Source: an uncultured delta proteobacterium
Lineage (GTDB): Bacteria; Desulfobacterota; Desulfobacteria; Desulfobacterales; Desulfosalsimonadaceae
Direction: 5' to 3'
Assembly (NCBI GenBank): GCA_963826785.1
Contig: CAWGYD010000010.1
Coordinates: forward strand, 64,001 to 128,000
Length of the DNA: 64,000 bases
Shown here one piece after another: positions 10,228-20,683 of this stretch (position 1 is its first letter; every line of letters starts with the position of its first letter). Both the position numbers and the translations under genes were made by a program. The notes under the pieces are model-generated. The model did no database searches, was not told the origin of the DNA, and saw nothing but the letters and a program-made list of their open reading frames with translations.

Positions 10228-11160
10228 TTATCCCTCATCATCTAAAATAATACTTCCCGTATGAAGGATCGTCTCCGTATCCCCCGAGCGCAGAATCAAC
10301 CCGCCGTCCGGCGCCAGCCCGGTGATGATGCCCTGTGAAATGCTGTTTTGGGCAGACCTGACCAGCACCCGACGGCCCATCCATGCCATTTTCGGGGCAA
10401 GCAGTTTCATGAACTGTTCCGGTTCCATTGAATGAAAAATACCCTCCAGACGTTCTTTTCCGGAAGTGACTATCTGCGTCCATAATGAAAGAGGGCCGGT
10501 CGCAAACCCTTCGTGAGCCAGACTGGTGGCGCCCACCGCAAAATCATTTCGCAGCAGATGGTCCGTCGGAAAATGGGCGGCATTGATCCCGATTCCCACC
10601 ATGACATATTCCGGGCGGTCTTCGATGAGGATCCCCCCGCATTTGCGGTTTGAAATCAAAAGATCGTTGGGCCATTTGATCCGGATCGGAATTCGATGCT
10701 GTTCCAGGGCCACGGCGACCACATACCCGGCCAGCAGCGATAAAAATCCGCGCCATTTGGGATCCACCCCATGTTCGGCATGGACGCCGGGCCACATCCA
10801 TGCCCCGTAGATGTTTCCCGGCGGGGATACCCAGTTCCGTCCGCGCTGCCCCCTGCCCGCGGTCTGCTCCACCGCCAGGAGGGAATCCCAGTCGGTGATG
10901 CGGCCGTATTGTCTGAAATGCCGGGCGGCATCCATGCTGGAAGCGCAGCGGCCGCAGAGCACCACCGTGCTGTCCCGGGCATCTTTTTCCGCCTGCCACA
11001 CGAGTGGACCGGAATCGGCCGATGAAAGGTCCTGTCGCCCGGGCCGCCATTTCCCCCAGGCCGCCAGGTCCTTTGCCCATTCCGGGCTTTTCCCGGAAAG
11101 GACTGCCGGGTCAAGCGCTTCCATCAAACCGGGAATTTCTTCACCCCACATGATTACCAT
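10228..11160 (-). CDS. birA: Biotin--protein ligase (no obvious HTH)
   Basis: QTAGRGQRGRNW, IKWPND, KCGGILIE, GIGIN; adjacent to pyc. Confidence 0.92.
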   Translation of the reverse strand: MVIMWGEEIPGLMEALDPAVLSGKSPEWAKDLAAWGKWRPGRQDLSSADSGPLVWQAEKDARDSTVVLCGRCASSMDAARHFRQYGRITDWDSLLAVEQTAGRGQRGRNWVSPPGNIYGAWMWPGVHAEHGVDPKWRGFLSLLAGYVVAVALEQHRIPIRIKWPNDLLISNRKCGGILIEDRPEYVMVGIGINAAHFPTDHLLRNDFAVGATSLAHEGFATGPLSLWTQIVTSGKERLEGIFHSMEPEQFMKLLAPKMAWMGRRVLVRSAQNSISQGIITGLAPDGGLILRSGDTETILHTGSIILDDEG

Positions 11161-11376
11161 ATCATTCGACTCGATTCGGATATAAAGCGATGAAAAATGT
11201 CAATTTCGGAAGAATTTGCCCTGAAAAAGCAAAATTTTAATTTTTATCTGCAAATTCGATTTACTGTCAACAATTTTATGACCGGCTCAGATGGTAATCG
11301 GCAGATGGGATGCGGCCGGCAGGCGATGAACGCTGATGCCGGTACAGTGCGATATGATTCTGGTTTTCAGGTTTTT

Positions 11377-12147
11377 TTATCGTGAAGCGGACAGGATCGC
11401 TTCCACACGGTGCAGCACCCGGGGCAAAACCGATCCTGCCGGTTCACGGATCAGGACCTGAGCGGCATCATCATAGGGGGTTTCCGACAGGTTGATCATG
11501 GCCAAAAAGGCCCCGGCTTTAAGCGCATGCCCGGGCAGCATTGAAGCCGGCTGGACGATCAGGGTGGAGCCGATCACCAGGAAAACATCTGCGCTGCCGG
11601 CAAGCGATATGGCACGAGCCAGATCCGACTCCCGAAGGGATTGCCCAAAGGAGATGGTGTCGGGTTTCAAATGCCCGCCGCAGGCGCAGTCCGGGGCCGC
11701 ATCCCCTTTTTGAATCCGGGCGAGAGTTTCCGCCAGGGGAAAAACCTGGCTGCAGGACATGCAGCGCACCCGCCGGGTATTGCCGTGCAGTTCGATTACC
11801 CGGTCTTCAGGCAGACCGGCAGCCTGGTGCAGGCCATCGATGTTCTGGGTGATCACCGCATCCAGCAGCGAAAGATCATGGAGCCGGGACAGGCTGTGAT
11901 GGGCGGCATTGGGTTTTGCCGGGCCAAGTTCTTTGAAAAGCGCAATTTTGCGCTCCCAGTATTCAACCCGTGCCTGCCGGGAGGACATGAATTCATCGAA
12001 ATAGATCGGCTTGAACCGGTCCCAGATGCCGCCCTTGCTCCGGTAATCCGAGATGCCGCTTTCCGTGGAAATGCCGGCCCCGGTAAAAACGATATTCTTT
12101 CCGCCCTGGGCAAGTCGGCGGGCGATCCGGTCAATTGCATCGGTCAT
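11377..12147 (-). CDS. cobB: Sir2-family NAD-dependent protein deacylase
   Basis: TGAGISTESGI, ITQNIDGLH, ELHG, CxxC...CxC, GSTL motifs. Confidence 0.9.
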   Translation of the reverse strand: MTDAIDRIARRLAQGGKNIVFTGAGISTESGISDYRSKGGIWDRFKPIYFDEFMSSRQARVEYWERKIALFKELGPAKPNAAHHSLSRLHDLSLLDAVITQNIDGLHQAAGLPEDRVIELHGNTRRVRCMSCSQVFPLAETLARIQKGDAAPDCACGGHLKPDTISFGQSLRESDLARAISLAGSADVFLVIGSTLIVQPASMLPGHALKAGAFLAMINLSETPYDDAAQVLIREPAGSVLPRVLHRVEAILSASR

Positions 12148-15100
12148 GCGAATCCCCGGAAAGCCCCCCGCGCCGTTTCGTCCATCCTTCTTTGGCGGGC
12201 GTCAATGCCGGATCATGCATCCGATCATGGAGACGCCGGGCGCGAAGGCAAAAGGCCTCCAGCTTGGCGTGGATCAGCTGGGGAAAGGGCGAACCGTCGC
12301 TTTCAATGGCCAGAAACGGCAGGTCGTCCATCTCGGAGAGAACCATCTTCAGCCTCTGGTTATTCGACTGGGTGGAAAGCTTTGCTTCGGCGGACATGGC
12401 TTCGTTCAGTATCGATTCGGAAAGCCGGTTGGGCATGCACCCGAACGGTCCGATGGCGATCACGCCGCAAACCTCGGTAGCCACTTCGGTGAGGGAGGCT
12501 CCCACCGTCAGCACCGCCTCACCGCTGAGATTTTCCGAAATGTAGTCCGCCGCGTTTGCAAGGAAGGTTTTCACCTGGACCGGTTTGAGATCCACCAGCC
12601 CGGAGCGGCCCATGATTTTGAGCAGCTTCTGCTCATAGCGGGTCATCAGGACCTGTCGGATATGGAATTTGAATTTCTGGCCCATGGGCATTGTTTTCCA
12701 GTGGCCGTCGATGGGGAGCATGTAATCCGAATACCGGATCCATTCGGACACCGGTGAACAGGCCACGGCAAATCCATTTTCAGCCAGGCGTTCAGTCAGG
12801 TGCTGACGGGACAGGGAATCCCGGCGGACAAAGATTTCGCCGGTGAGCAGCACGCGGGGGACCTCGTGCGGGGGCCGCTTCACCGGGATTTTGGCGAACC
12901 GGTCCATGGAAGCCTCCAGCTGGCGGTTCAGCGCTCTGAAATTATCCTTTTCCAGGGTATCCAGAATGCTCCGCCACTCTGACTCGAAAAGGTCCATGGC
13001 GTGTTCAGGGCGGACGGCGTTGGCCAGCAGCATGGATCGCAGGTCTTCCATGGCATCGGACAGGATCACCGCCCACCAGGCCTTATAATAGCTGAACCCC
13101 TGCCCCAGGCCGTCATAGGTGTTGTCCGAAGTCAGTGAAAAGATCGCCACATCCGGAATCTCCAGGCGCTTGATCAGATCCTCCATGAAGATGGCGTACT
13201 GGCCGAACCGGCAGGGCCCCGAGGCGGTGGCCATGAAATAGACCAGAATTTCATCCGGCTTCTTGTATGTCTGGATGTAGTTGAGCAGGGTTCCCGTGGT
13301 CAGGATCAGGGGGAGGCATTCCTTGCATGACGTATTGGCCCTTCCCAGTTTCAGCACCGCCTCGTCCGAAGGCGGATGCGGCATGACATGAAATCCTGCG
13401 GCCTTGAACACCGCCGAAATGGCCTCCGTGGAGATGCGGCCCATGGAGGGGATCAGCAGCGTCACCTTGGGATCGGTCATATAGACCGTTTTTCCGTCTG
13501 AGGTTCTCACCTTGGGAATCCCGTTGTTCATGACGGGAACGGCCGGCCGGAAGACCGCGCTCTTTTTGCTCTCGGAAGGCAGGCGGCTTTCCAGCTGCCG
13601 GTACTGGGCCACGATGTCCAGGAAGGCCTCGATGCGGGTTTCGATCCCGGCATCGGCCGTATGGCTGTCGAGTTCCAGGGTCAGCGACGGCTTTCGCCCC
13701 ATGATGGTTCTAAAATAAGTGATGATAAAGGAATCCGGCCCGCAGGAAAAATTGGTGATAAACGTGCCGTACAGCTGGGGATGCTTCTGGACGAAACGGG
13801 CCGCCTTGAGCAAAAGCTGCCCCATTCCCCAGTACATGTGGCGCTTTGACGGTTCATCGTCACAGGGCAGAAAATCAAACGGGATCACCCTGACGCCCCG
13901 GGAGGCGAGCTTGTGGGGAATCCCCATGTGGGCCTCCTCCACCATGGCATTATAAGGCCTCCCGAAGATCACCACGGCTATTTCATCCGGATTCTTTTCC
14001 AGATCCGCCAGCATTTCGCGGCCGATGTTCTGCATTTCCGCCATGCATCCGCGCTGTTGATCCGCCGCCCGATCAAAGGCAGCGGCGGCTCTCGAGCTGC
14101 TGATCCCCATCTGCTGCGCGGTTTTCACCAACGCATCCTTTGCGGCAAACAGCCCCATCGTCATGTCGATCAAGGGGGTGAGCACTTGGGTGCCCGTTTG
14201 CTTCATGGATTCAATGGCAGATTTGAAAGCCATGCCGAGGTAAAACGGCTCTCCCTGAACAAAGGGGCATACCTGGGAGATGGGATTTCCGTTTTTCACC
14301 GGGATGGAGCGGATATGGGGCAGAAAAATATAGTCGGGCCGCGGCTCCATATCCAGCAGGGCCTGAAAAAATCCATGGGAGAGTTCGGCCGGGTGGCAGA
14401 AGGCGGCGTTTCTCTGATCGATGCCTTCGCGGGACGGCTGCTCCGGGTAGGCGACCGAAAACCCCAGCTCGGAAAAAAAACGGGCGTACAGGGGATAGAA
14501 CGTATTGGTCAGAAAACTCTTGTTGATGGCAACCGTTTTCGCCCCGGGCGCCAAAGCGGCGGCCATGCTTTTGTCAAAGACGAGATTCTCCCGGGTTTTC
14601 ACGAGATCCAGTTTGGATACGTCCACTTCGATTTTAAAGCGCAGATTGTAATACCGGTTGCACGCCCCGCCGAAGGGGTATTTCTTCCCCTCCAGTTCGA
14701 TCATGTTGATCTCGCACCGGCGGTCGCATTTTTCTTTGCCCCCTTTGCAGGTAAAGGATTGATGATAAACGACTTCCCGGTCGACCAGCCGCTGAAGATC
14801 AAACCGGCTGTCTTTCATCAGGCCCAGATCGATGCGTTTTTCGATCTCCAGAGCCGCCCCGTAGGCGCCCATGAGTCCCGGCTCCGGCGGGACGATGATC
14901 GGCTTTCCGGACAGGGCCGCCATGGCCAGGGGCACCGCGTGATTGTAGCAGACGCCTCCCTGCATGAAGACCTTCTCCCCCACCGGGCGATTCCCTTTGA
15001 CCCGGTTGATGTAGTTCATGCAGATGGAATAGACCAGTCCGGCGATGATATCCGCATGATCGATCCCCTCATGGATGGCGATTTTAATGTCGGAGGAGAT

Positions 15101-16601
15101 AAAGGCCGCGCACTGATCGTTGAAATTGGGCGGATGTGTGCCCGTCAACCGCGATATCCGCGATGTCTGTCACCTTGATCCCCAGGGTTTCATATGCCGA
15201 CTCTTCCAGAAAGGAGCCGGTACCGGCTGAACAGGCTTCGTTCATGGCATAGTCAGACGGGACGCCGGCCGTGATATGGGTGTATTTGGCATCCTGACCG
15301 CCGATTTCAAACAAGGTATCCACGTCCGGATCGAAGTGGACGGCCGCAGCCGCATGGGCGATGATCTCGTTGATAATCCCGCTGGTGAGGGCATGCAGCC
15401 CGGCGATCTGCCTGCCGGACCCGCATACGCCCAGACCGATCACGGCGATATCATCCGGGTCGACGGATTCTTTCACCTGATCCAGGATCTGCCGGTAACA
15501 TTGCCGGGAAGACCCCACCGGGTCCCCGGCAGTCAGGCGGTAAACCGATGCCAGTACGGCTTTATCCGTTTTTCGCATCAGGACCGCCTTGGTGGTGGTG
15601 GAACCGACATCCAGGCCCAGTATGCACACATCACCGGCTTGAGGCGTCTGCATGGACATGGATTTGAAGGTCACCTGGTCCTCATATGCCTTCAACTGCG
15701 GCAGGGTGTCGAAGGAAGCGGACCGGGAATTGATCAGTCCGGCCGGTTCAGGAAGCGCGCGCGTCTCGTGCGAGAGCGCCCAGAGAGCGGTCCCCAGTGC
15801 CTCAAAGTAGGGCGCCTGGTCGGGAATGATGAGGTTTTCGATGGCTTCATTCAGGTAACCCACCATCATGTGGTTCTGGCTTGAACCGCCGACGAGCATG
15901 ATGTTTTTGCGTTCCACCTTCTTCAGGAGTTCCAGAATTTTGCCAGCCATCATGCGGCAGAGTCCGGCGGTGACCCGGGCCTTGGGAATTCCTTTGTTGA
16001 TGGCATGGGTACAATCCGATTTGCAGAACACGGAACATCGGCCGGACACCGAATGGGGAATTTCATTTTCGGACCACTGGGCGGCCTGATCGAGCGTTGC
16101 GCCCATGCGGCGCAGCTGCTGCATGAAAAACTCCCCGGTGCCCGAAGCGCATTTATTGCCGGTCAGCACATTGGCGATCTCGCCCCGGCGGTTGATGACA
16201 TAAACCATGAAGGTTTCGCCGCCGGCGGAAACGATTGCCGGGCAATGGATGTTGGCGGGCTTTAAAAACCGGTAGGCATATTCCACTGCTTCGGGCTCGG
16301 GAATCGAAGTCAGATTGACAAACTGCCGGAACCTCCGCCCGGTCACGGCGATCCGGTCAAATGTTTCCAGGTCGAATTTTTCAAGAATGCGGGGGAGAAC
16401 GGCCTTCGGATTTCCGCCATGCGGTTCGCTGAAATGCGCCACGATATTGACGGAATCGTATGATCCCGGATCGTCGGTGGGCAGCATCCGGACGGAAGGT
16501 CCCTCGACGTGAACGGCAGATATGGTTGACGCCCCCAGGCAGATTCCCAGCGCCCGCACAGAATCCTTTGGATTTGGAATCGTTTCGGTCATGAACAACA
16601 C
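12131..16601 (-). pseudogene. Multidomain acyl-CoA dehydratase activase (two BadF/BcrA ATPase modules + DUF2229-like), split by a one-base frameshift at ~15149 (real or sequencing error)
   Basis: GNKCASGTG, GLDVGSTTTK, EIGGQDAK, MNEACSAGTG in 5' ORF; the second ATPase module continues in the other frame (NDQCAAF, QGGV). Removing one G in GCG-G-TTG joins the frames. Confidence 0.85.
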
Positions 16602-16637
16602 GTCCTTATATATGATGCGCCGGAACGGCAGCGCCGG

Positions 16638-17300
16638 TTAAATCGTAATTCTCCGGTAATGCGAGTTATCTGGCCCCAGAAGGCCGCATTCCCGGTTTTC
16701 AGAAGAACCAACAATAATGATATACCGTTCGTCGTCCCGGAACCGGAGCCATTGATCGGCGGGTATTGCTTCCCGCGCCACCCTTCCCCGCCGCCACCGG
16801 AACAGTACCGGTGCATGGGAATGCCCGCAGAAAATTACCCGAAACGGCGTATGGTCAAATATTTCAAGTGCCCGATCAATGGAGCCGGTATCCACCGGTT
16901 CGTATAGTGATCGGATCGTATCATAGGGTAGTGAGTGGGTAAAGCAGATATCGTTTTGGACTATTTTCATGGGCATCTGCGTAAGAAACAACAGGATCTT
17001 TTCCTTGGCCGGTCCGGGGACATGTTTAGAATGTCCGTTCAGGAGCTGCTTTTCAATCTGATAATCATTGTTTCCCTTCACGGACGCCACCCGATGCGAC
17101 TTAAGCATTTCAATCATCGGAAGCAGGCGCTCCATCGACAGGGAGTCGAATACATCACCGAGATGTATTTTTGTCTTCGCCCCATGGCGGGCGAGCACAT
17201 CCAGCGCCGCACTCAGAGCGGTCATATCCCCGTGGGAATCCGATACGAGTCCAATAATATTTTTATCTTTTATTTCGATATCTTGAGTCATAAATGTCAT
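16638..17300 (-). CDS. Calcineurin-like metallophosphoesterase
   Basis: SDSHGD, HLGD, GNND, THS, GHSH motifs. Confidence 0.85.
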   Translation of the reverse strand: MTFMTQDIEIKDKNIIGLVSDSHGDMTALSAALDVLARHGAKTKIHLGDVFDSLSMERLLPMIEMLKSHRVASVKGNNDYQIEKQLLNGHSKHVPGPAKEKILLFLTQMPMKIVQNDICFTHSLPYDTIRSLYEPVDTGSIDRALEIFDHTPFRVIFCGHSHAPVLFRWRRGRVAREAIPADQWLRFRDDERYIIIVGSSENRECGLLGPDNSHYRRITI

Positions 17301-17757
17301 GTAGTAAATGAACTAAATTCGGTATTTTCAGGCTTGACTGGTATGCAATTTGTGTTGGAATTAGATTCAAGTCAAGTGATTTGTTTCCCGTGTGGTTCTT
17401 TCAAAAATCTGGTGAAATTTATCTTTTTATGATAATGATCACCCAACTGCAAGGCGCACCGCCGTTGAGATCATCTTAATTAAAAGCACCGCACCCGGCA
17501 TTGTCAATGCACATGAGCGCGAATCGAAATAGCGCATCACCATACCGGGTATGATTCAACGGGATCAGTGAATGGGATTTCAACTCGCCCAGGGATGAAC
17601 CGAATCGGCGGGCGGTCTGTTTCGCTTGAATACGGGCTAAAAAAGAGCGACATCACCACCACTCGGAACTATTATGTTGAAATGCAGCCGATACAGACAG
17701 CACAAAAATCAAACAGGTGTTGAACAATCCTGATGACCACGGAAAAGGGGGATGTGA

Positions 17758-18060
17758 ATGGAAAAAATGCCGGAGAAAAACGCATGGATTTACGTCATTA
17801 TTCAGGATCCGGGAGCGGCTGAGCAATTTGTCGGATTCATGGACGAAACCCGGCAAAAACCGTATATACCCGCATTCAAAACAAAAGAAGAAGCCCAGAA
17901 CGCACTGATTCACTTTTCTCTGGCCCGGGACAAAAAATATGAAATCCAAGCGGTCATTTTCGCAGAACTGGCCAAAGATGCACTGCAGAATGATTTTCTG
18001 ATTTATCTGCTGGACGGCGATGGAAAAATTCTGCACCCGGTTGACCCCGATTCCATATAA
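17758..18060 (+). CDS. Hypothetical protein (100 aa)
   Basis: ORF with GGGGGA RBS-like element, protein-like composition, fills gap before elbB. Confidence 0.65.
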   Translation: MEKMPEKNAWIYVIIQDPGAAEQFVGFMDETRQKPYIPAFKTKEEAQNALIHFSLARDKKYEIQAVIFAELAKDALQNDFLIYLLDGDGKILHPVDPDSI

Positions 18061-18288
18061 TGCCCTTCAGAAAGCCGCCTGTTCCTGACCGACATTATCG
18101 CTTTTTATGCATACGGGAGGCATTGAATCGAAAACCGGTTGGTCGCTATTTTGAGCCGGTTCTTTATTGACCGGAACAGGATTCACTGGTATGGGTTTGA
18201 TTCAATCGCATGAACACTCGCAGGTAGTGTAACCGCTTTTCCGGCCGGGGTCTTGCCCGTTTTGCCAATTTTTCCAACAGGAGCTGTA

Positions 18289-18942
18289 ATGAAAAAAATC
18301 GGGGTTTTGCTTTCGGGCTGCGGCGTGTATGACGGGGCTGAAATTCACGAAGCGGTGATCACCCTGCTCGCCCTCGACCGAAGGGGCGCTGAAGCCGTCT
18401 GCATGGCACCCGATATAGAGCAGTACCATGTGGTCAATCATCTCACGGGAGATGCCTCGATCGAGAAAAGAAATGTTCTGGTCGAAGCCGCACGGATTGC
18501 AAGAGGCGCAATCCGTGACATCGCGGGCGTGCGTGCGGTCGAAATCGACGGGTTGATTATACCGGGCGGCTTTGGCGCAGCCAAAAATCTGAGTGATTAT
18601 GCCATCAAGGGAAAAGATGCCGAAGTCAACCCCGATGTCACGCGGCTCATCTTAGAGATGGGGCAAGCCAAAAAACCGGTGGGCGCCATGTGCATTTCAC
18701 CTACCCTGCTGGCCAAGGTGCTGGGAGAACAACATCCGGAAGTGACCATCGGCAATGAAATGGGAACGGCGGAGACCATAGAGGCCATGGGAGGCATCCA
18801 CAGGGCCTGCCGGGTGGATGGCATTCATGTGGATGTAAATAATATGCTGGTCTCCACCCCGGCCTATATGCTCGGCCCCCGGATTGGAAACGTGGCGGAC
18901 GGCATTGAGAAACTGGTCGATCAGATCCTGGACATGACATAA
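18289..18942 (+). CDS. elbB: ElbB/ES1 glyoxalase (DJ-1/PfpI superfamily)
   Basis: LSGCGVYDGAEIHEAV, EAARIARG, PGGFGAAKNL, VSTPAYM; AGGAG RBS. Confidence 0.95.
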   Translation: MKKIGVLLSGCGVYDGAEIHEAVITLLALDRRGAEAVCMAPDIEQYHVVNHLTGDASIEKRNVLVEAARIARGAIRDIAGVRAVEIDGLIIPGGFGAAKNLSDYAIKGKDAEVNPDVTRLILEMGQAKKPVGAMCISPTLLAKVLGEQHPEVTIGNEMGTAETIEAMGGIHRACRVDGIHVDVNNMLVSTPAYMLGPRIGNVADGIEKLVDQILDMT

Positions 18943-19007
18943 CCCGAATCCGTTTACAAAGCAGCAAACAGCCGAGGCACATGAGTGCCGTCTGAAAAAA
19001 AGATTCG

Positions 19008-20306
19008 TCAATCGGGCAGCAGGTCATAAAAATATAACATCGCGTCGGATCTCGACATGATGCCGATCAATTTCCCGTCCTGAATCACCGGCAGCCTTCC
19101 GATATCATGCTTGACCATCAGGCGGGCCGCTTCCATGGGACTTCGGTCCGGGCTGATGGTGACCACATGGGTGTTCATGAAGGCCTTCACGGGTGACTTT
19201 AACAGGGATTTTTTCTTTATTTTTTTGAAATCCCTGCGGGAAATGACGCCCACCAGCCGGTCGCGATCCATTACCGGAAAACCGGTGCACCCCTTTTCTT
19301 TCAGCCGCCTGCCCACCTCTTCCATAGAAGTCTCCGGAAGTACGGTAAAAACAGGATATGACATCAAATCCCCCACCTGGACAGAGGCCTGCTGATTCCC
19401 TTTCAACAGTTCGGTCAACCAGTCCGTGACCGCATCGGGGTTCACGGATTTGAGCATGACCGAGCCCGCGCCGGGATGACCGCCGCCGCCCATGCTCCGC
19501 ATGATGGAGCCGACGTTGATATCTTCGACATTGCTTCGCCCGATGATAATGCATTTTTCATTATCCGCATGGGTGAAAATACCAAACGCCGCATCGACAT
19601 TTAAAATTTCCCGGTACATGTGCACCACCAGCGAGAGATTGCCGACATGCCCGTCAATTTGGACCGTATTGATGCTGACGGAATAAGTGTTGACCCGGGT
19701 CCGCTCCGCGGTCCGGACCATTTCAAACAGTATATCTTTCTGCTTTTCTCCGTACGCCGGCTGCAAAAAGGTGGCCAGCACGTTCAAATCGGCCTTGTTT
19801 TCAAGAAGGTATCCGGCACAATAGGCGTCTTCCGCAGTCGTTGACGGAAAGGTCAGGCTCCCTGTGTCTTCATATAATCCAATCAAGAAAAGGGTCGCCT
19901 GCATGGGGGTCAGCCGGATCTTCCGGTTTCTGATTTCCCGGATCATCAAAGAAATATTGGCCCCGATTCTTTCATGGCATTTCCATGAAGGATTCAGGTC
20001 GCATTGATTTTCGTGATGATCATACAAGCATATGTCCAAGGTGCTGTTATTCCTGAGTCCATCCATCGGTTCAAGGCGCGACCATTTGCTGGCATCCACC
20101 ACAATCAGACGGCTGACCTGGCTCTGGTCGATATCTGCCATGCTGTGGCTTTCAAACAGATCCTTGTGAATCGATAAAAACGCTTTCACATTGGGGTTCA
20201 ATGTCTTGGGCAGAACCGGCAGCGCCCCGGGATAAAGAATCGTTCCGGCAATAACGGATGCAAATGCGTCAAAATCCGCACTTCGATGGGTGGTGATGAT
20301 CTGCAT
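19008..20306 (-). CDS. DHH/DHHA1 phosphoesterase with C-terminal CBS pair
   Basis: THRSADFDA, VVD, YDHH, YEDTG, GGGGHPGA, then two CBS repeats. Confidence 0.88.
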   Translation of the reverse strand: MQIITTHRSADFDAFASVIAGTILYPGALPVLPKTLNPNVKAFLSIHKDLFESHSMADIDQSQVSRLIVVDASKWSRLEPMDGLRNNSTLDICLYDHHENQCDLNPSWKCHERIGANISLMIREIRNRKIRLTPMQATLFLIGLYEDTGSLTFPSTTAEDAYCAGYLLENKADLNVLATFLQPAYGEKQKDILFEMVRTAERTRVNTYSVSINTVQIDGHVGNLSLVVHMYREILNVDAAFGIFTHADNEKCIIIGRSNVEDINVGSIMRSMGGGGHPGAGSVMLKSVNPDAVTDWLTELLKGNQQASVQVGDLMSYPVFTVLPETSMEEVGRRLKEKGCTGFPVMDRDRLVGVISRRDFKKIKKKSLLKSPVKAFMNTHVVTISPDRSPMEAARLMVKHDIGRLPVIQDGKLIGIMSRSDAMLYFYDLLPD

Positions 20307-20513
20307 GGTCTGATCCTGTTGTCATAGTCTGGATGTGTGCATCGTCTTTATCCTTGATTCGAATAAAGGCTAAAACTATCTGAATTCATTTGTCTATATA
20401 TTGATATACGCGTGTATGAAAGTCAAGGAGAAGTAACTGTTTTTCGGTATCCACCGCGTTCCTTTTCGATGGGAATGGCTCAATCCGGCCGCTGAAGGTG
20501 CGTTCGAGACTAC

Positions 20514-20548
20514 CGGCTTCAATGAGCTGCTGATATACATTGAAGCCG
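20514..20548. repeat. Perfect 11-bp inverted repeat, 13-nt spacer
   Basis: CGGCTTCAATG-N13-CATTGAAGCCG between divergent genes. Confidence 0.8.
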
Positions 20549-20577
20549 TGTATGAATGATAAACCCTTTGTTTTTAA

Positions 20578-20605
20578 TTGACTTTTAGAATAATCGGCGT
20601 AAGAT
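20578..20605 (+). promoter_or_regulatory. Putative sigma70 promoter of the PilZ-methyltransferase genes
   Basis: TTGACT-16 bp-TAAGAT with AT-rich upstream tract. Confidence 0.5.
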
Positions 20606-20683
20606 GAACTGAATTGAAAAGGTATTGTCTTTTAAGGTGATCCGGGACACGGGTACGCTCTTGGATGAGGGGCCAAGACGTTT

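Noticed and set aside
11377..12147. Sir2 gene as an anti-phage NADase
   Set aside because: Canonical Zn-binding sirtuin with catalytic His, in a metabolic operon, with no defence partners.
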